Made by a program: the position numbers and the translations under genes | The notes under the pieces: model-generated | Database searches by the model: none | What the model was told of the DNA's origin: nothing | The model's input: the letters and a program-made list of their open reading frames with translations, nothing else | Source of the DNA: Terriglobales bacterium | Lineage (GTDB): Bacteria > Acidobacteriota > Aminicenantia > Aminicenantales > Saccharicenantaceae | Direction: 5' to 3' | DNA: 64,000 nt | Assembly (NCBI GenBank): GCA_035543515.1 | Contig: DATKJS010000009.1 | Coordinates: forward strand, 21,324-85,323 | In this document: piece after piece, positions 35,925 to 44,893 of the stretch | Numbering within the stretch: the first letter of the stretch is position 1 | Layout: every line of letters starts with the position of its first letter

Positions 35925-36039
35925 GGTGGCGCCGAGGCCGTGCGAAAGACCCCGTTTGGAAGGGGGCCCGTCGGCCTTGCGACGGGGGAAACGGGACAGG
36001 TTCCCGGGGCCGGGGGATAAGGACGGCCTTGGCGCCACC
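35925..36039 (-). repeat. 115-nt core repeat, copy A (inverted relative to copy B)
   Basis: The reverse complement matches 59762-59876 at 108/115 positions by hand alignment. It is closed by GGTGGCGCC/GGCGCCACC and contains three internal hairpins. Confidence 0.9.
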
Positions 36040-36130
36040 GCACGGGGACGCACACGGACAGGACCCCGCCGCCGATAGATCCGCGTTTGGCCTGACCGGT
36101 CGAATCTGCTAACATGAGGGGCGGAGACAG

Positions 36131-36709
36131 ATGTTGGGCAAGAGAACGCTGACCATCGCGGCGGCCGGGCTCCTGGCCGTCTCCGGCTTCGCGGCGCCGC
36201 CGACGCTCGCGCCGGAGGTCAAGGAGCGGGCCCTCAAGGTCATCGCCCTGCTCGAGGGGCTCGAGAAGGACCGGGCCCGGCACCCGGAGCGTCCCGGCGG
36301 CAGCGGCGCCGTCGCCGAGGCCGACGTTAACGCCTGGATCGCCTACCGCATCGCCACGGAAGGGGAGTCCTACGTCCGGTCGTGCGAGCTCCGCCTCCTC
36401 GACGGCGACCGGGCCGAGGGCAAGCTCGTTATCGACCTCAGCCGGACCCCTGCCTCGACCGTGCTTCCGGCGCAGGCGGAGGTCTTCTTCGCCGCCTCGG
36501 CCGAGACGCGCGACGGCAAGATCCGCATCATCATGGAGCGGCTCTTCCTCGGCACCCAGAGCCTGCCGCCGTCCTTCCTCGACACGGTCATCGGCATCGT
36601 CGCCGGCCTCGAGGGGCAGCCGGCGCAGAGCCTGCGCGACTGGTATCCGCTGCCCTACGGTATCCGGCGGCTGGAATCGCGTGCCGGCCGCCTCATCTGC
36701 CATTATTAA
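36131..36709 (+). CDS. Hypothetical secreted protein
   Basis: Signal peptide (MLGKRTLTIAAAGLLAVSGFA). No recognisable motif. Confidence 0.45.
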   Translation: MLGKRTLTIAAAGLLAVSGFAAPPTLAPEVKERALKVIALLEGLEKDRARHPERPGGSGAVAEADVNAWIAYRIATEGESYVRSCELRLLDGDRAEGKLVIDLSRTPASTVLPAQAEVFFAASAETRDGKIRIIMERLFLGTQSLPPSFLDTVIGIVAGLEGQPAQSLRDWYPLPYGIRRLESRAGRLICHY

Positions 36710-36738
36710 GGAAGGGAGGGCCGGGGGAGGCGAGGGAC

Positions 36739-37299
36739 ATGATCCGGGTCATCAACGGGATCTACAAGGGCCGCCGGCTCAAGCTCGTCCCCAGTCCTTC
36801 GGTCCGCCCCATGCAGGACAAGGTCAAAGGCGCGCTCTTCAACATCATCCAGGACCGCGTGGCCGGGAGCGTCTGCCTCGACGGGTTCGCCGGGACGGGC
36901 TCCATCGGCCTCGAGGCCCTCAGCCGCGGCGCCAGGACGGCCGTCTTCGTCGATGAGTTCTATCCCGCGGTCAAGGTCATCCGTGCCAACGTCGAGAAGT
37001 GCGGCGCCGCGGACAGCGCGGTCGTCCTCCACCGGGAGTTCAACCGGGCCGTCATCGACCTCGCCAACGAGGGCGTCCAGTTCGACCTCATCTTCCTCGA
37101 CCCGCCCTACCGGCTGCTCGAGGAGCGCAACCCCCTGCGCGTCATCCGCCGCCGCGGCGTCCTCCGGCCAGGCGGCATGATCGTCCTCCGCCACTATTTC
37201 AAGGTCCACCCGCGGACCGGCGACTTCGCCCTCGACCGCCGCGTCCAGATAGGCGACGACATCCTGCTGTTCTTCACCCAACCCCCGTCCGATGACTGA
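36739..37299 (+). CDS. rsmD: 16S rRNA (guanine966-N2)-methyltransferase RsmD
   Basis: MIRVINGIYKGRRL.., DGFAGTGSIGLEALSRGA (SAM motif I), FLDPPY catalytic motif, 186 aa. Confidence 0.85.
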   Translation: MIRVINGIYKGRRLKLVPSPSVRPMQDKVKGALFNIIQDRVAGSVCLDGFAGTGSIGLEALSRGARTAVFVDEFYPAVKVIRANVEKCGAADSAVVLHREFNRAVIDLANEGVQFDLIFLDPPYRLLEERNPLRVIRRRGVLRPGGMIVLRHYFKVHPRTGDFALDRRVQIGDDILLFFTQPPSDD

Positions 37300-37379
37300 G
37301 CCCGTCCGCCCTGGCTTGCGCCCGCGGGGGCGATGCTCTAGAATAATGGCCGGACTGGAGGGAGGGCGAGACGCCGAAG

Positions 37380-38264
37380 ATGAAGAGACCGGACCGGAAG
37401 GACGCGCCGCTTTGGCAGGAGGCGCCCCTCGTCGAGGAGGGCGAGATCTTCTCCGACATGGCCGTCCGGAAGACAAGCTCCCTCCTCCTCGGCCGCTATT
37501 CCCTGAACGAGGTCATCTCCGTCCTCGCTAAGAAGGGCTTCCTCCGGGAGGCCCGCAAGCGGTTCCTTTGGCCCCTGGCCTTCGAGCTCAACTCGACCGA
37601 ATATCCTCTCCAGCGGCTCCAGATCTTCTTCCGCGAGAAGAGGGCCGAGAACCTCATCGTCGACTTCAAGTTCCGCGAGATGGACTTCGCCGCGGCGCCC
37701 CTCCCCGGCATCCCGTCGTCCCTGCCGCCGCAGAAGACCCTGGCCTTTGAGTGGCTGACGCTCCAGAACCCGCTCCACCGCTTCTCCGAGTCGTTCACCC
37801 CCCTGCCAGGCCAGACCCGACCGGGGCTGAACATGCGCAAGTCGATCATGGACCTCTTCGTCTACCTCGGCCGGCTGACGCGAAAGGACGCGCTGCTCGC
37901 CTTCCCCGCCTATTTCCACAACGCCCTGCTCTTCTCGCGCTACTTCCGCTTCTGGAACCCGGTCAAGCAGGGTGAGGTCCTGGCCATCCGCAAGGTTTTC
38001 AGCCACGCCCCGCTCAAGCAACTGGCCTGGATCGTCTACCTCAACTGCCTCCGGCGCGCCGACGGCTCGACCTACGAGTGGGCGGCCGAGGAGCAGCTCT
38101 TCCCGCTGACCCGGCCGCTCAAGGACTACTTCGCCTCCCGCCCCTATCGGGAGGCGGTCAAGGCCGGGCAGAGGGCCCTCGGCTTCTCCGTCGACTGGGC
38201 CGCCTTCGAGAAGAAGTCCGCCGAGATCCCGTCCTTTTGCGGCGGCACCTGGAATTTGCTATAA
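37380..38264 (+). CDS. Hypothetical protein
   Basis: 294-aa ORF with coding-like composition, preceded by a TTGCGC-N17-TAGAAT promoter-like sequence (37316-37344). No motif recognised. Confidence 0.45.
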   Translation: MKRPDRKDAPLWQEAPLVEEGEIFSDMAVRKTSSLLLGRYSLNEVISVLAKKGFLREARKRFLWPLAFELNSTEYPLQRLQIFFREKRAENLIVDFKFREMDFAAAPLPGIPSSLPPQKTLAFEWLTLQNPLHRFSESFTPLPGQTRPGLNMRKSIMDLFVYLGRLTRKDALLAFPAYFHNALLFSRYFRFWNPVKQGEVLAIRKVFSHAPLKQLAWIVYLNCLRRADGSTYEWAAEEQLFPLTRPLKDYFASRPYREAVKAGQRALGFSVDWAAFEKKSAEIPSFCGGTWNLL

Positions 38265-38287
38265 TAGCGCGTCTGAGGAGACCGACG

Positions 38288-38503
38288 ATGAAGAAAGACA
38301 TCCATCCCGAATACCAGGAAGCCATCGTCACGTGCGCCTGCGGGAACACCTTCAAGACCCGCTCGACCAAAAAGGAGATCCGGGTCGAGATCTGCTCCCA
38401 GTGCCACCCGTTCTTCACCGGGAAGCAGAAGCTCGTGGACAGCGCCGGCCGCGTCGAGAAGTTCCGGAAGAAATACGGTCCGGCTAAAAAACCGGCCCGA
38501 TGA
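38288..38503 (+). CDS. rpmE: 50S ribosomal protein L31
   Basis: [26 protein letters not shown], the canonical zinc-binding L31, 71 aa. Confidence 0.95.
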   Translation: MKKDIHPEYQEAIVTCACGNTFKTRSTKKEIRVEICSQCHPFFTGKQKLVDSAGRVEKFRKKYGPAKKPAR

Positions 38504-39597
38504 TCCAGGAACTCCGCGCTCTCGAGGACAAGTACCGCCGCCTGACCCTGTCCCTTTCCGACCCCGCCCTCTCGGGGAATCCCCAGAAGCTCCGCGACCT
38601 GGCCAAGGAACGGGCGGAGCTCGAGCCCGTCGTCCGCAAGTTCGAGGAATGGCGGAAGGTCCGTCAGGGGATCGAGGACGCGCGTCACATCCTCGCCGCC
38701 GCCTCGGCCGAGCCGGAGCTGCGGCTCCTGGCCGAGGGCGAGCTCGAAACGCTCGGCCGGCGGGACAAAGCCCTCGAAGCCGAGCTGCGGCGGATGCTCC
38801 TCCCCAAGGACCCGTACGACGAGAAGAACGTCATCCTCGAGGTCCGGGCCGGGGCCGGCGGCGACGAGGCCTCGCTCTTCGCCCAGGACCTCCTCCGGAT
38901 GTACGCCCGGTTCGCCGAGCACAAGGGCTGGAAGTTCGAGGTCATGGACACCAGCCTCTCGCCGATCGGCGGCATCAAGGAGGCGGTGGCCAGCATCCGG
39001 GGCAAGGGCGCCTATTCCCTGTTGAAATTCGAGAGCGGCGTCCACCGCGTCCAGCGGGTGCCGAAGACCGAGGCCTCCGGCCGCATCCACACCTCGACCG
39101 CCACCGTCGCCGTGCTGCCCGAAGCCGACGAGATCGACATCAAGATCGACCCCAGGGACCTCAAGATCGAGGCCTTCGGCTCCTCGGGCCCCGGCGGGCA
39201 GAACGTCAACCGCAACTACACGGCCATCCGCATCACCCACAAGCCCTCCGGCCTCGTCGTCTCCTGCCAGGATGAGAAATCCCAGCACCGGAACAAGGAG
39301 AAGGCCCTGCGTGTCCTCCGCTCGAGGTTGATGGACATCGCCGAGAGGGAACAGAGCGCCGAGATCGCCCAGCACCGCCGCTCCCAGGTCGGGACGGGGG
39401 AGCGGAGCGAGAAGATCCGGACGTACAATTTCCCGCAGTCGCGGGTGACCGACCATCGTCTGAGCGCGAGTTTCCACAACCTGGCGGCTCTCCTCGACGG
39501 CGACCTGGACGACCTCGTCGGCCAGCTCGTCCTCCAGTCCCAGGCCCTCGGGGAGACGGCGTCGGGCGCGGGCCTGGCACGGGACAGTGAACCCTAG
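38500..39597 (+). CDS. prfA: Peptide chain release factor 1
   Basis: GGQ motif ([10 protein letters not shown]) and a PxT-type anticodon tripeptide (RVPKTE). ATGA overlap with rpmE. Confidence 0.95.
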   Translation: MIQELRALEDKYRRLTLSLSDPALSGNPQKLRDLAKERAELEPVVRKFEEWRKVRQGIEDARHILAAASAEPELRLLAEGELETLGRRDKALEAELRRMLLPKDPYDEKNVILEVRAGAGGDEASLFAQDLLRMYARFAEHKGWKFEVMDTSLSPIGGIKEAVASIRGKGAYSLLKFESGVHRVQRVPKTEASGRIHTSTATVAVLPEADEIDIKIDPRDLKIEAFGSSGPGGQNVNRNYTAIRITHKPSGLVVSCQDEKSQHRNKEKALRVLRSRLMDIAEREQSAEIAQHRRSQVGTGERSEKIRTYNFPQSRVTDHRLSASFHNLAALLDGDLDDLVGQLVLQSQALGETASGAGLARDSEP

Positions 39598-40438
39598 GAC
39601 GGAGACGCTTCAGGAGGTCTTCCGCCTCGGAGCCTCGCTCCTCGAGGGCAGCCCGCATGCGCTCGTCGAGGCCAAGGTCCTCCTCCTCCGCGCCGCCCGG
39701 CTCTCGGAGGAGGTTTTCCTGGCCGCCCCGCAGGCCGGGCTCGCCCCCCCCGCCAGGGCGTTCTTCCTCCGCCTCGTCGAGAAGCGGAGGCGGGGCGTGC
39801 CCTTGTCCTACCTGACCGGGACGAGGGAATTCTGGTCCATCCCGCTCGGCGTCTCGGCTTCCGTCCTCATCCCGCGCCCGGAGACCGAGGTCCTCGTCGA
39901 GAAGGTCCTCGAGCTCTCCTCCCGCGAGCGGGAGACGATCCTGGACGTCGGCACGGGCAGCGGCAACATCGCCATCGCCCTGGCCAAGGAGCTGCCGCGC
40001 GCCCGCATCCTGGCCGCCGACGTCTCGCTCCGGGCCCTGTGCGTGGCCCGGCGGAACGCCGAGCGCCTCAAGGCCCGCCGGGTCGAGTTCCTGCAGAGCG
40101 ATATGTTCTCGGCCTTCCGGGGTACGGGCGTCCGCTTCGACTTCATCGTTTCCAATCCCCCTTATGTTTCGGCGCGGGAATGGCAGGTCTTGCCGCCGGA
40201 GGTCCGCGATTACGAACCGCGGCGCGCCCTGCTCGCGGGGGAGTCCGGGCTCGAGGTCATCCGGCGGCTGGTCGGCCGGGCCGGACGCTTCCTGCGGCCC
40301 GGCGGCTACCTCATTTTCGAGATCGGGGACGGCCAGCGGGACGAAGTCCTCGGCCTGTTCGGCAAGCGCTGGACGGAGATCGAAACGGCCTGGGACCTGG
40401 CCGGCAAGCCCCGCGTCATCACCGCCCGCCGCGCCTGA
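39587..40438 (+). CDS. prmC: Release factor glutamine N5-methyltransferase PrmC
   Basis: SAM motif ILDVGTGSGNIAI and catalytic NPPY (VSNPPYV). GTG start overlapping the end of prfA. Confidence 0.85.
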   Translation: MNPRTETLQEVFRLGASLLEGSPHALVEAKVLLLRAARLSEEVFLAAPQAGLAPPARAFFLRLVEKRRRGVPLSYLTGTREFWSIPLGVSASVLIPRPETEVLVEKVLELSSRERETILDVGTGSGNIAIALAKELPRARILAADVSLRALCVARRNAERLKARRVEFLQSDMFSAFRGTGVRFDFIVSNPPYVSAREWQVLPPEVRDYEPRRALLAGESGLEVIRRLVGRAGRFLRPGGYLIFEIGDGQRDEVLGLFGKRWTEIETAWDLAGKPRVITARRA

Positions 40439-40447
40439 GCGGTCCCG

Positions 40448-41200
40448 TCATTTCCTCGCCCGGGAGGGCGCGTAGCCGTCCTCGACGGGGAGGATCCGCG
40501 TCGTCTGGAAGCGGACCTTTTCCCAGACGGCGAGCTCCGTGCCGGCAAAGACCGCCACGACCCGCGGGTCGAACTGCCTTCCGGCCTGGCGGACGATCTC
40601 GGCCCGGGCCGCGGGGAAGTCCGCGGCCTCGCGGTAGGGCCGGTGCGAGGTAATGGCGTCGAGCGCGTCCGCAACGGCGAAGATGCGGGCCTCGGCCGGG
40701 ATGGCCTCGCCCTTGAGCCCGCGCGGGTAGCCCGAGCCGTCGAAGCGCTCGTGGTGGCAAAGGATAATGTTCCCGACCTCGGCGACGAGCCGGACGTCCT
40801 TGATCAGCCCGTAGCCCACCGTGGGATGGCGCCGGATCTTCTCCCACTCGGCGGCCGAGAGCGGGCCCGGCTTTTTCAGGATGGCGTCCGGGATGGCGAT
40901 CTTGCCGGCGTCGTGGAGGAGGGCCCCCCGCCGGATGTTCTCGAGCGTCCTTGGGTCCCGGACGCCCAGGGCCTCGGCCAGGACCTGGGTGTAGCGGGCC
41001 ACGGTCTTGGAGTGGCCGTAGGTCTCGACGTCCCTCATGTCCAAGGCGGTCATGAAGTTCTCGAGGGTCGTTTCGTAGGTCTCCTCGATCTCGGCGGCGC
41101 GGCGGGCCTGCTCCGCGCGCTCCCGCCGCAGCCGCGTGAGGCTGCGGCGGAGGGCCGCGACCTCGCGGTCCCGTCCCGTGTCCTTGGCGCTCGTCGTCAC
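40448..41200 (-). CDS. HD-GYP domain c-di-GMP phosphodiesterase
   Basis: HSKTVARY.., LLHDAGKIAIPD, CHHERFDGSGYPRGLKG (HD and GYP motifs). Confidence 0.85.
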   Translation of the reverse strand: MTTSAKDTGRDREVAALRRSLTRLRRERAEQARRAAEIEETYETTLENFMTALDMRDVETYGHSKTVARYTQVLAEALGVRDPRTLENIRRGALLHDAGKIAIPDAILKKPGPLSAAEWEKIRRHPTVGYGLIKDVRLVAEVGNIILCHHERFDGSGYPRGLKGEAIPAEARIFAVADALDAITSHRPYREAADFPAARAEIVRQAGRQFDPRVVAVFAGTELAVWEKVRFQTTRILPVEDGYAPSRARK

Positions 41201-41248
41201 GTCTGCGTTCCTCCGCCCTTATATACCTTTTTCCCCGTCCGGATTCAA

Positions 41249-41273
41249 GCCGCGGCGCGGACCGCGCCGCGGC
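41249..41273. promoter_or_regulatory. 25-bp perfect palindrome GCCGCGGCGCGG-A-CCGCGCCGCGGC in the divergent promoter region
   Basis: 12-bp arms are exactly complementary. It lies between the HD-GYP start (41200) and the promoter of the 41346 gene. Confidence 0.5.
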
Positions 41274-41290
41274 AAGCGGGAAAATCCTCC

Positions 41291-41319
41291 TTGACTTGAC
41301 CCGGCGACACCCCTAAGAT
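41291..41319 (+). promoter_or_regulatory. Sigma-70-type promoter (TTGACT-N17-TAAGAT)
   Basis: Read directly. It is followed by a TAAGGAGGT RBS and ATG 41346. Confidence 0.5.
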
Positions 41320-41345
41320 AAGGGCCGAGGCTAAGGAGGTCGCCT

Positions 41346-42569
41346 ATGGGCCAAGAGAGGGACGTCCTTAAGGACCCGTCTGAAGTCATCCAGGAGATCG
41401 AGACCCAGCTCGACCGCCTCCTCGAGCGCAAGGTCGGGGACATCGAGCGCGAGCTCTCCGCCCGCATCGACCGGGAGCGCGAGGAGGCCAAGAGGCGCCG
41501 CGAGGAGGTCGAGCGGGAATTCCTAAAGGAGCGCGAGGCCCTCGCCGACTACCGGACCGTCGTCCGGGCCGCCGACGAGGAGAGGGCCGCGCTCCTCGAC
41601 GAGGCCCACCGGCGCTTCGACCGCGTTCTCCAGCTCCAATCCGAGATCGAAGGGCTGGCCAAGGCCACGGTCGAGGAGATCCGGAAGGTCACCGAGCTTC
41701 AGGAACGGATGGAGAGTCTCCGCTCCCGCACCGCCGAGCGCGCCGGCTTCCTCAAGACCGATTTGAGGGAGCGCTTCGGCATCGTCGCCGACGTCCTGGG
41801 CGAGTCGGAACGGCCGGCCGGCCTCGACCTCGACGGGGAGCTCGACAAGCTGAGGAAGATCAAGGAGCTGCTGGCCGTCGAATCGGCCGCCGCCGGGCTC
41901 GGCGGGACGCGCGCCGCGGCCTCGGGCGCCGAGGCCTTCACCCCGCTCGAGGTCCCCGAGCCGCCGGCCGAAGTCCGCATCCCCGAGATCCGGGACCTCG
42001 TCGCCGAGATGTCCCCGGAGCCCCAGCCCGCATCCGCCGCCGCGCCCGCGCCTCCGGAGGCGCCGGAGGAGAGCGAGGAGACGCTGGCCGCGGCCCTCGA
42101 ATCCTGGCGGAGGATCGAGCCCGCCAACGGCTGCGGCGAGATCCACTACTTCCAGAAGGACGCCCGGATGCTCGTCGACGCGGAGAGCCTCTTCTCCTCC
42201 GTCGACAAGACCGTGGAGGAGGCCGAACGGCTGTCGGCCAAGCTCTCCCGGACGGAATCCCCCAAGGATCAATTCTTCATCAAGCAGGAGCTCATCAACT
42301 GGCAGGAGGGGCTGCGGGCCCTCTTCCTGCGGGTCATCAAGATGATCGAGAAGAGGGTCTGGGAGCTCCCCGATTGCACCGCCGACGTCCTGAGCGTGGT
42401 TTCCCTGCGCGGCCTGCTCGAGCGGCTGAGCATGGAAAACTGGAGCAATCCCGACGAGTTCGCCTCGTTCCGGGCCGCGGCGGGAGAACTCGAAAAGGCC
42501 TTTCTGTCCCGCCTTTCCCCCAGGGTCGCCTACCTCCGCGCCCTCAAGAAAGAGCTCGAGTCCCGCTAG
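41346..42569 (+). CDS. Hypothetical coiled-coil protein
   Basis: The N-terminal 200 aa are Glu/Arg/Leu-rich coiled coil, followed by an Ala/Pro linker and a globular C-terminal domain. No motif recognised. Confidence 0.45.
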   Translation: MGQERDVLKDPSEVIQEIETQLDRLLERKVGDIERELSARIDREREEAKRRREEVEREFLKEREALADYRTVVRAADEERAALLDEAHRRFDRVLQLQSEIEGLAKATVEEIRKVTELQERMESLRSRTAERAGFLKTDLRERFGIVADVLGESERPAGLDLDGELDKLRKIKELLAVESAAAGLGGTRAAASGAEAFTPLEVPEPPAEVRIPEIRDLVAEMSPEPQPASAAAPAPPEAPEESEETLAAALESWRRIEPANGCGEIHYFQKDARMLVDAESLFSSVDKTVEEAERLSAKLSRTESPKDQFFIKQELINWQEGLRALFLRVIKMIEKRVWELPDCTADVLSVVSLRGLLERLSMENWSNPDEFASFRAAAGELEKAFLSRLSPRVAYLRALKKELESR

Positions 42570-42578
42570 CCGCCGCTC

Positions 42579-44603
42579 TCAATCGGCGGCCACGCCCTTG
42601 CGCCGGTGCTGGAGGATGTAATCCTCGAGCGCCCGGATCTCCCCCGTGGTCAGGTCCCGGAACTTCAGCCCCGAATAGAAGAAGGGCGGACCGCCTTCCC
42701 GCCGGTCCGAGTAGATGACGTCGCCGCGGAGGAGGCCCGCCTTCTCGCCGAGGACGAGGATCATGTCCACCGTCTTGGCCAGCGGCAGCTTCGAGTCCGA
42801 GACGACCCTGGCCCCGCCGAGGCTGATGTTGACCGTCTTGGCGACGGTGAAGCTGCCGTCCTCTCGGACCAGGGCCACGGCCGACGCGTTCGTGCGCTCG
42901 AACTTCCGCCGCTCCCGGCCCGGCCGCTCGGCCGCGGCCGGCGCCTCCGGCCTCGCGGCCTCGCCGGCCCGGCCCGCGTGGAAGGTCGTGACTCGGTTCT
43001 TGACCAGGTCGGCCTCGGCCCCCCGCCGCCCCTCGAGCCCGGCCCGGCGCTTGCCCTTGGCCTCGGCCATGGCCAGGTCCGCCTCCGCCGCCAGCTGCTT
43101 CAGGTCGGAGCGGGTCATGGCCGCGAGGGGCTCCTCCCTGGGCTTGGGGTAGACGGTGACGCCGAAGGACATGGTCAGGTTGTTCTGCGGCTGGAACTCC
43201 TGGAACTCGAAAAAATGGTCCTCGACGTTCTTGCGGATGCGGTCGGTCAGGGCCACGGCGTCCTCGGGCCCCTTGACCCCGCTCAGGCAGAAGAGGAACT
43301 CCTCGCCCCCGTAGCGGCAGAGGAGGTCTTCCTCGCGGATCGAGAGCTTGAGGACGTGGGCCAGCTCGCGGAGCAGCCGGTTGCCGGCCTCGTGGCCGTT
43401 GCGGTCGTTGTAGGCTTTGAACCAGTCGACGTCGCCCATGACGATGGCCAGCCCGCCCTCCTCGGTGCGCCGCTTGCCCAGGGCGTTGACCTTCTGGAGG
43501 ACCTTCTCGAAGAAAGGCTCGGGCCGGAGGAGGCCGGTCAGGGCATCGTACTGGATGAGATTGAGCTTCAGCATGGCGATGGCCATGTGTTCCGACAGGC
43601 CCTGGAGGATCTGCTGGTCCTCGCGGCTGAAGCCCTCCGGGCTCGACTTGCCCTGGACGATCTTGTTGTAGACCTCGACGACGCCGATGACCTTGCGGTC
43701 GTGCATGATGGGCACGGCCAGGAGGCTCTTCAGCGGCGAGCGGAGGTATTCCGCGTACCGCTTGGTCAGGCGGCGGTCGAAGGCCAGGTCGGTCGTGTTG
43801 ATCCCCTGGCCGTAGCGGGCGACGGTGGCGGCGAAGTCCTGGGCGTCCCACAGGGCGATGTACTTGGAGAACTCGGCGTGGGAGAGGTACGCGTTGTCCC
43901 AGACGAGCGGCTTGAGGTAGCGGCCGAGGACTTCGTTCGTCTCGATGATGTAGACCGTGGCGCTCGAGGCCCGGACAATGTCGCGGAGGTCGGGGACGAG
44001 GTCGAGGAGGCTGCTGACGTCGTCGGAGGCGTAGATCTTGCGGAGGATCGTCTCGACCCGCTGGCGCTCCTTCTGGAACCAGACGTACTTGGTCTCGATG
44101 GCGATCCGCTTCTCGATCTCGGAGAGAAAGTTGGCGTTGATGAGGCCCTTGATCTCCTGGATCTCCGCGTAGACGTCCCGGACCTTTGTCTCCTGCTGGG
44201 CGAGGGAGCGGCGGAGGTCCTCCGCCTCGGCCTTCAGCCGGGCGTGCTCGACGGCCCGCTCGAGGGAGCGGAGGAGGAAGCGGTCCCGGGGATCGCCGGG
44301 GGGGGCGACGAACGGGTCGACGTAGAAGGCGGGCGGCCACTCCTCGGCGGCCCGGCGGAGGGCGGCCTCGTCGGGGCCGGTGAGGATGACGGCCGTGGAC
44401 GGCCCGAGGACGTCCCGGATGTCGGCGTAGCGGACGAGCCCGGCCTCGATGACGGCCGCGGCCACGGACACCCCGGCCAGGCGCGAGGCGAGGTCCGCCG
44501 CGGCCGTCCCGGCCGTGACCGGCCCGAACATCGAGGCCAGCCGCGACAGGCGGTCGACCTCGGCGGGCGATGGGTGCAGAATGAGGATGTGTCTCTGGCT
44601 CAT
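42579..44603 (-). CDS. Diguanylate cyclase: pseudo-receiver + coiled coil + GAF + GGDEF (GGEEF) + C-terminal PilZ domain
   Basis: RYGGEEFLF active site and the PilZ motifs RRKFERTNA .. NISLGGARV at the C-terminus. The N-terminal ILILHP receiver-like fold lacks the acidic pocket. Start set to ATG 44603. Confidence 0.85.
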   Translation of the reverse strand: MSQRHILILHPSPAEVDRLSRLASMFGPVTAGTAAADLASRLAGVSVAAAVIEAGLVRYADIRDVLGPSTAVILTGPDEAALRRAAEEWPPAFYVDPFVAPPGDPRDRFLLRSLERAVEHARLKAEAEDLRRSLAQQETKVRDVYAEIQEIKGLINANFLSEIEKRIAIETKYVWFQKERQRVETILRKIYASDDVSSLLDLVPDLRDIVRASSATVYIIETNEVLGRYLKPLVWDNAYLSHAEFSKYIALWDAQDFAATVARYGQGINTTDLAFDRRLTKRYAEYLRSPLKSLLAVPIMHDRKVIGVVEVYNKIVQGKSSPEGFSREDQQILQGLSEHMAIAMLKLNLIQYDALTGLLRPEPFFEKVLQKVNALGKRRTEEGGLAIVMGDVDWFKAYNDRNGHEAGNRLLRELAHVLKLSIREEDLLCRYGGEEFLFCLSGVKGPEDAVALTDRIRKNVEDHFFEFQEFQPQNNLTMSFGVTVYPKPREEPLAAMTRSDLKQLAAEADLAMAEAKGKRRAGLEGRRGAEADLVKNRVTTFHAGRAGEAARPEAPAAAERPGRERRKFERTNASAVALVREDGSFTVAKTVNISLGGARVVSDSKLPLAKTVDMILVLGEKAGLLRGDVIYSDRREGGPPFFYSGLKFRDLTTGEIRALEDYILQHRRKGVAAD

Positions 44604-44752
44604 GGGCCGGCCGCTTCCCTCGAACGATGGAGGAACCCGATCGTTCTTCCCCTGTCCTTGAAACCTTGGCTCCGTCGCGGGTCGGACTCGAAAGCGAACC
44701 CCGGGGCGGGCCGCCCTCCGCTGACCCGCCCCTAAATTACAATACGGCCGGG

Positions 44753-44773
44753 CCCCCGTCAAGGGGGATTTTT
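44753..44773 (+). terminator. Terminator-like hairpin CCCCC-gtcaa-GGGGG followed by ATTTTT
   Basis: Read directly. There is no upstream plus-strand CDS to terminate, and the stem is only 5 bp. Confidence 0.25.
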
Positions 44774-44812
44774 GACCCTGGCCTCTTATCTTCTTTCGTG
44801 CCGAAGCCGCTC

Positions 44813-44842
44813 TTGGCCCGCCCGGGGGCGATATGGTATATT
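44813..44842 (+). promoter_or_regulatory. Possible hutU promoter (TTGGCC-N18-TGgTATATT, extended -10)
   Basis: Read directly. It lies about 50 nt upstream of the GAGGAGGA RBS and ATG 44894. Confidence 0.4.
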
Positions 44843-44893
44843 CGGAATGGCCGGACGCCGTCCGCACGACGCCCGCCGGCGAGGAGGACCGAC

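Larger units (their letters stand above)
35721..36078. repeat. 358-bp highly structured intergenic element bounded by 29-bp inverted repeats (28/29 complementary)
   Basis: Left arm CTATCGGCGGAGGGGTCCTGTCCGTGTGC (35721-35749); right arm GCACACGGACAGGACCCCGCCGCCGATAG (36050-36078). The interior is packed with perfect GC hairpins (for example GTGCGGCTT-gcgct-AAGCCGCAC and CGTCCG-atgc-CGGACG). Confidence 0.85.

Noticed and set aside
35925-36039. Diversity-generating retroelement (TR/VR pair) or retron ncRNA as an explanation for the two core copies and the long terminal inverted repeat
   Set aside because: No reverse transcriptase gene is present anywhere in the window. The copies are inverted and intergenic, not within a target gene. 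The substitutions are not adenine-specific: four are A in copy A, but three go the other way or are G/C changes.
35851-36078. The conserved core repeat as a small protein gene (75-aa ORF here and the N-terminus of the 59483-59875 ORF share PRLEGGPS.LRRG.RDRFPGPGDKDGLGAT)
   Set aside because: Of the 7 nucleotide differences between copies, 5 are non-synonymous in that frame. There is no RBS or plausible start at a conserved position. The differences track predicted stems instead, so the conservation is at the nucleic-acid level.
35721-36078. Identity of the 358-nt closed-stem element with RNase P RNA, tmRNA, 6S or SRP RNA
   Set aside because: The hallmark sequences are absent on both strands: GAGGAAAGUCCGGGC and ACAGAAxCCGGCUUA for RNase P, the tRNA-like GGUUCGAxUCC T-arm with 3' CCA context for tmRNA, and the SRP GGAA/AGCA domain IV.
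38500-39597. Programmed +1 frameshift typical of release factor genes
   Set aside because: The gene is prfA (PxT-type tripeptide, single uninterrupted frame). The frameshift site belongs to prfB, which is not in this window.
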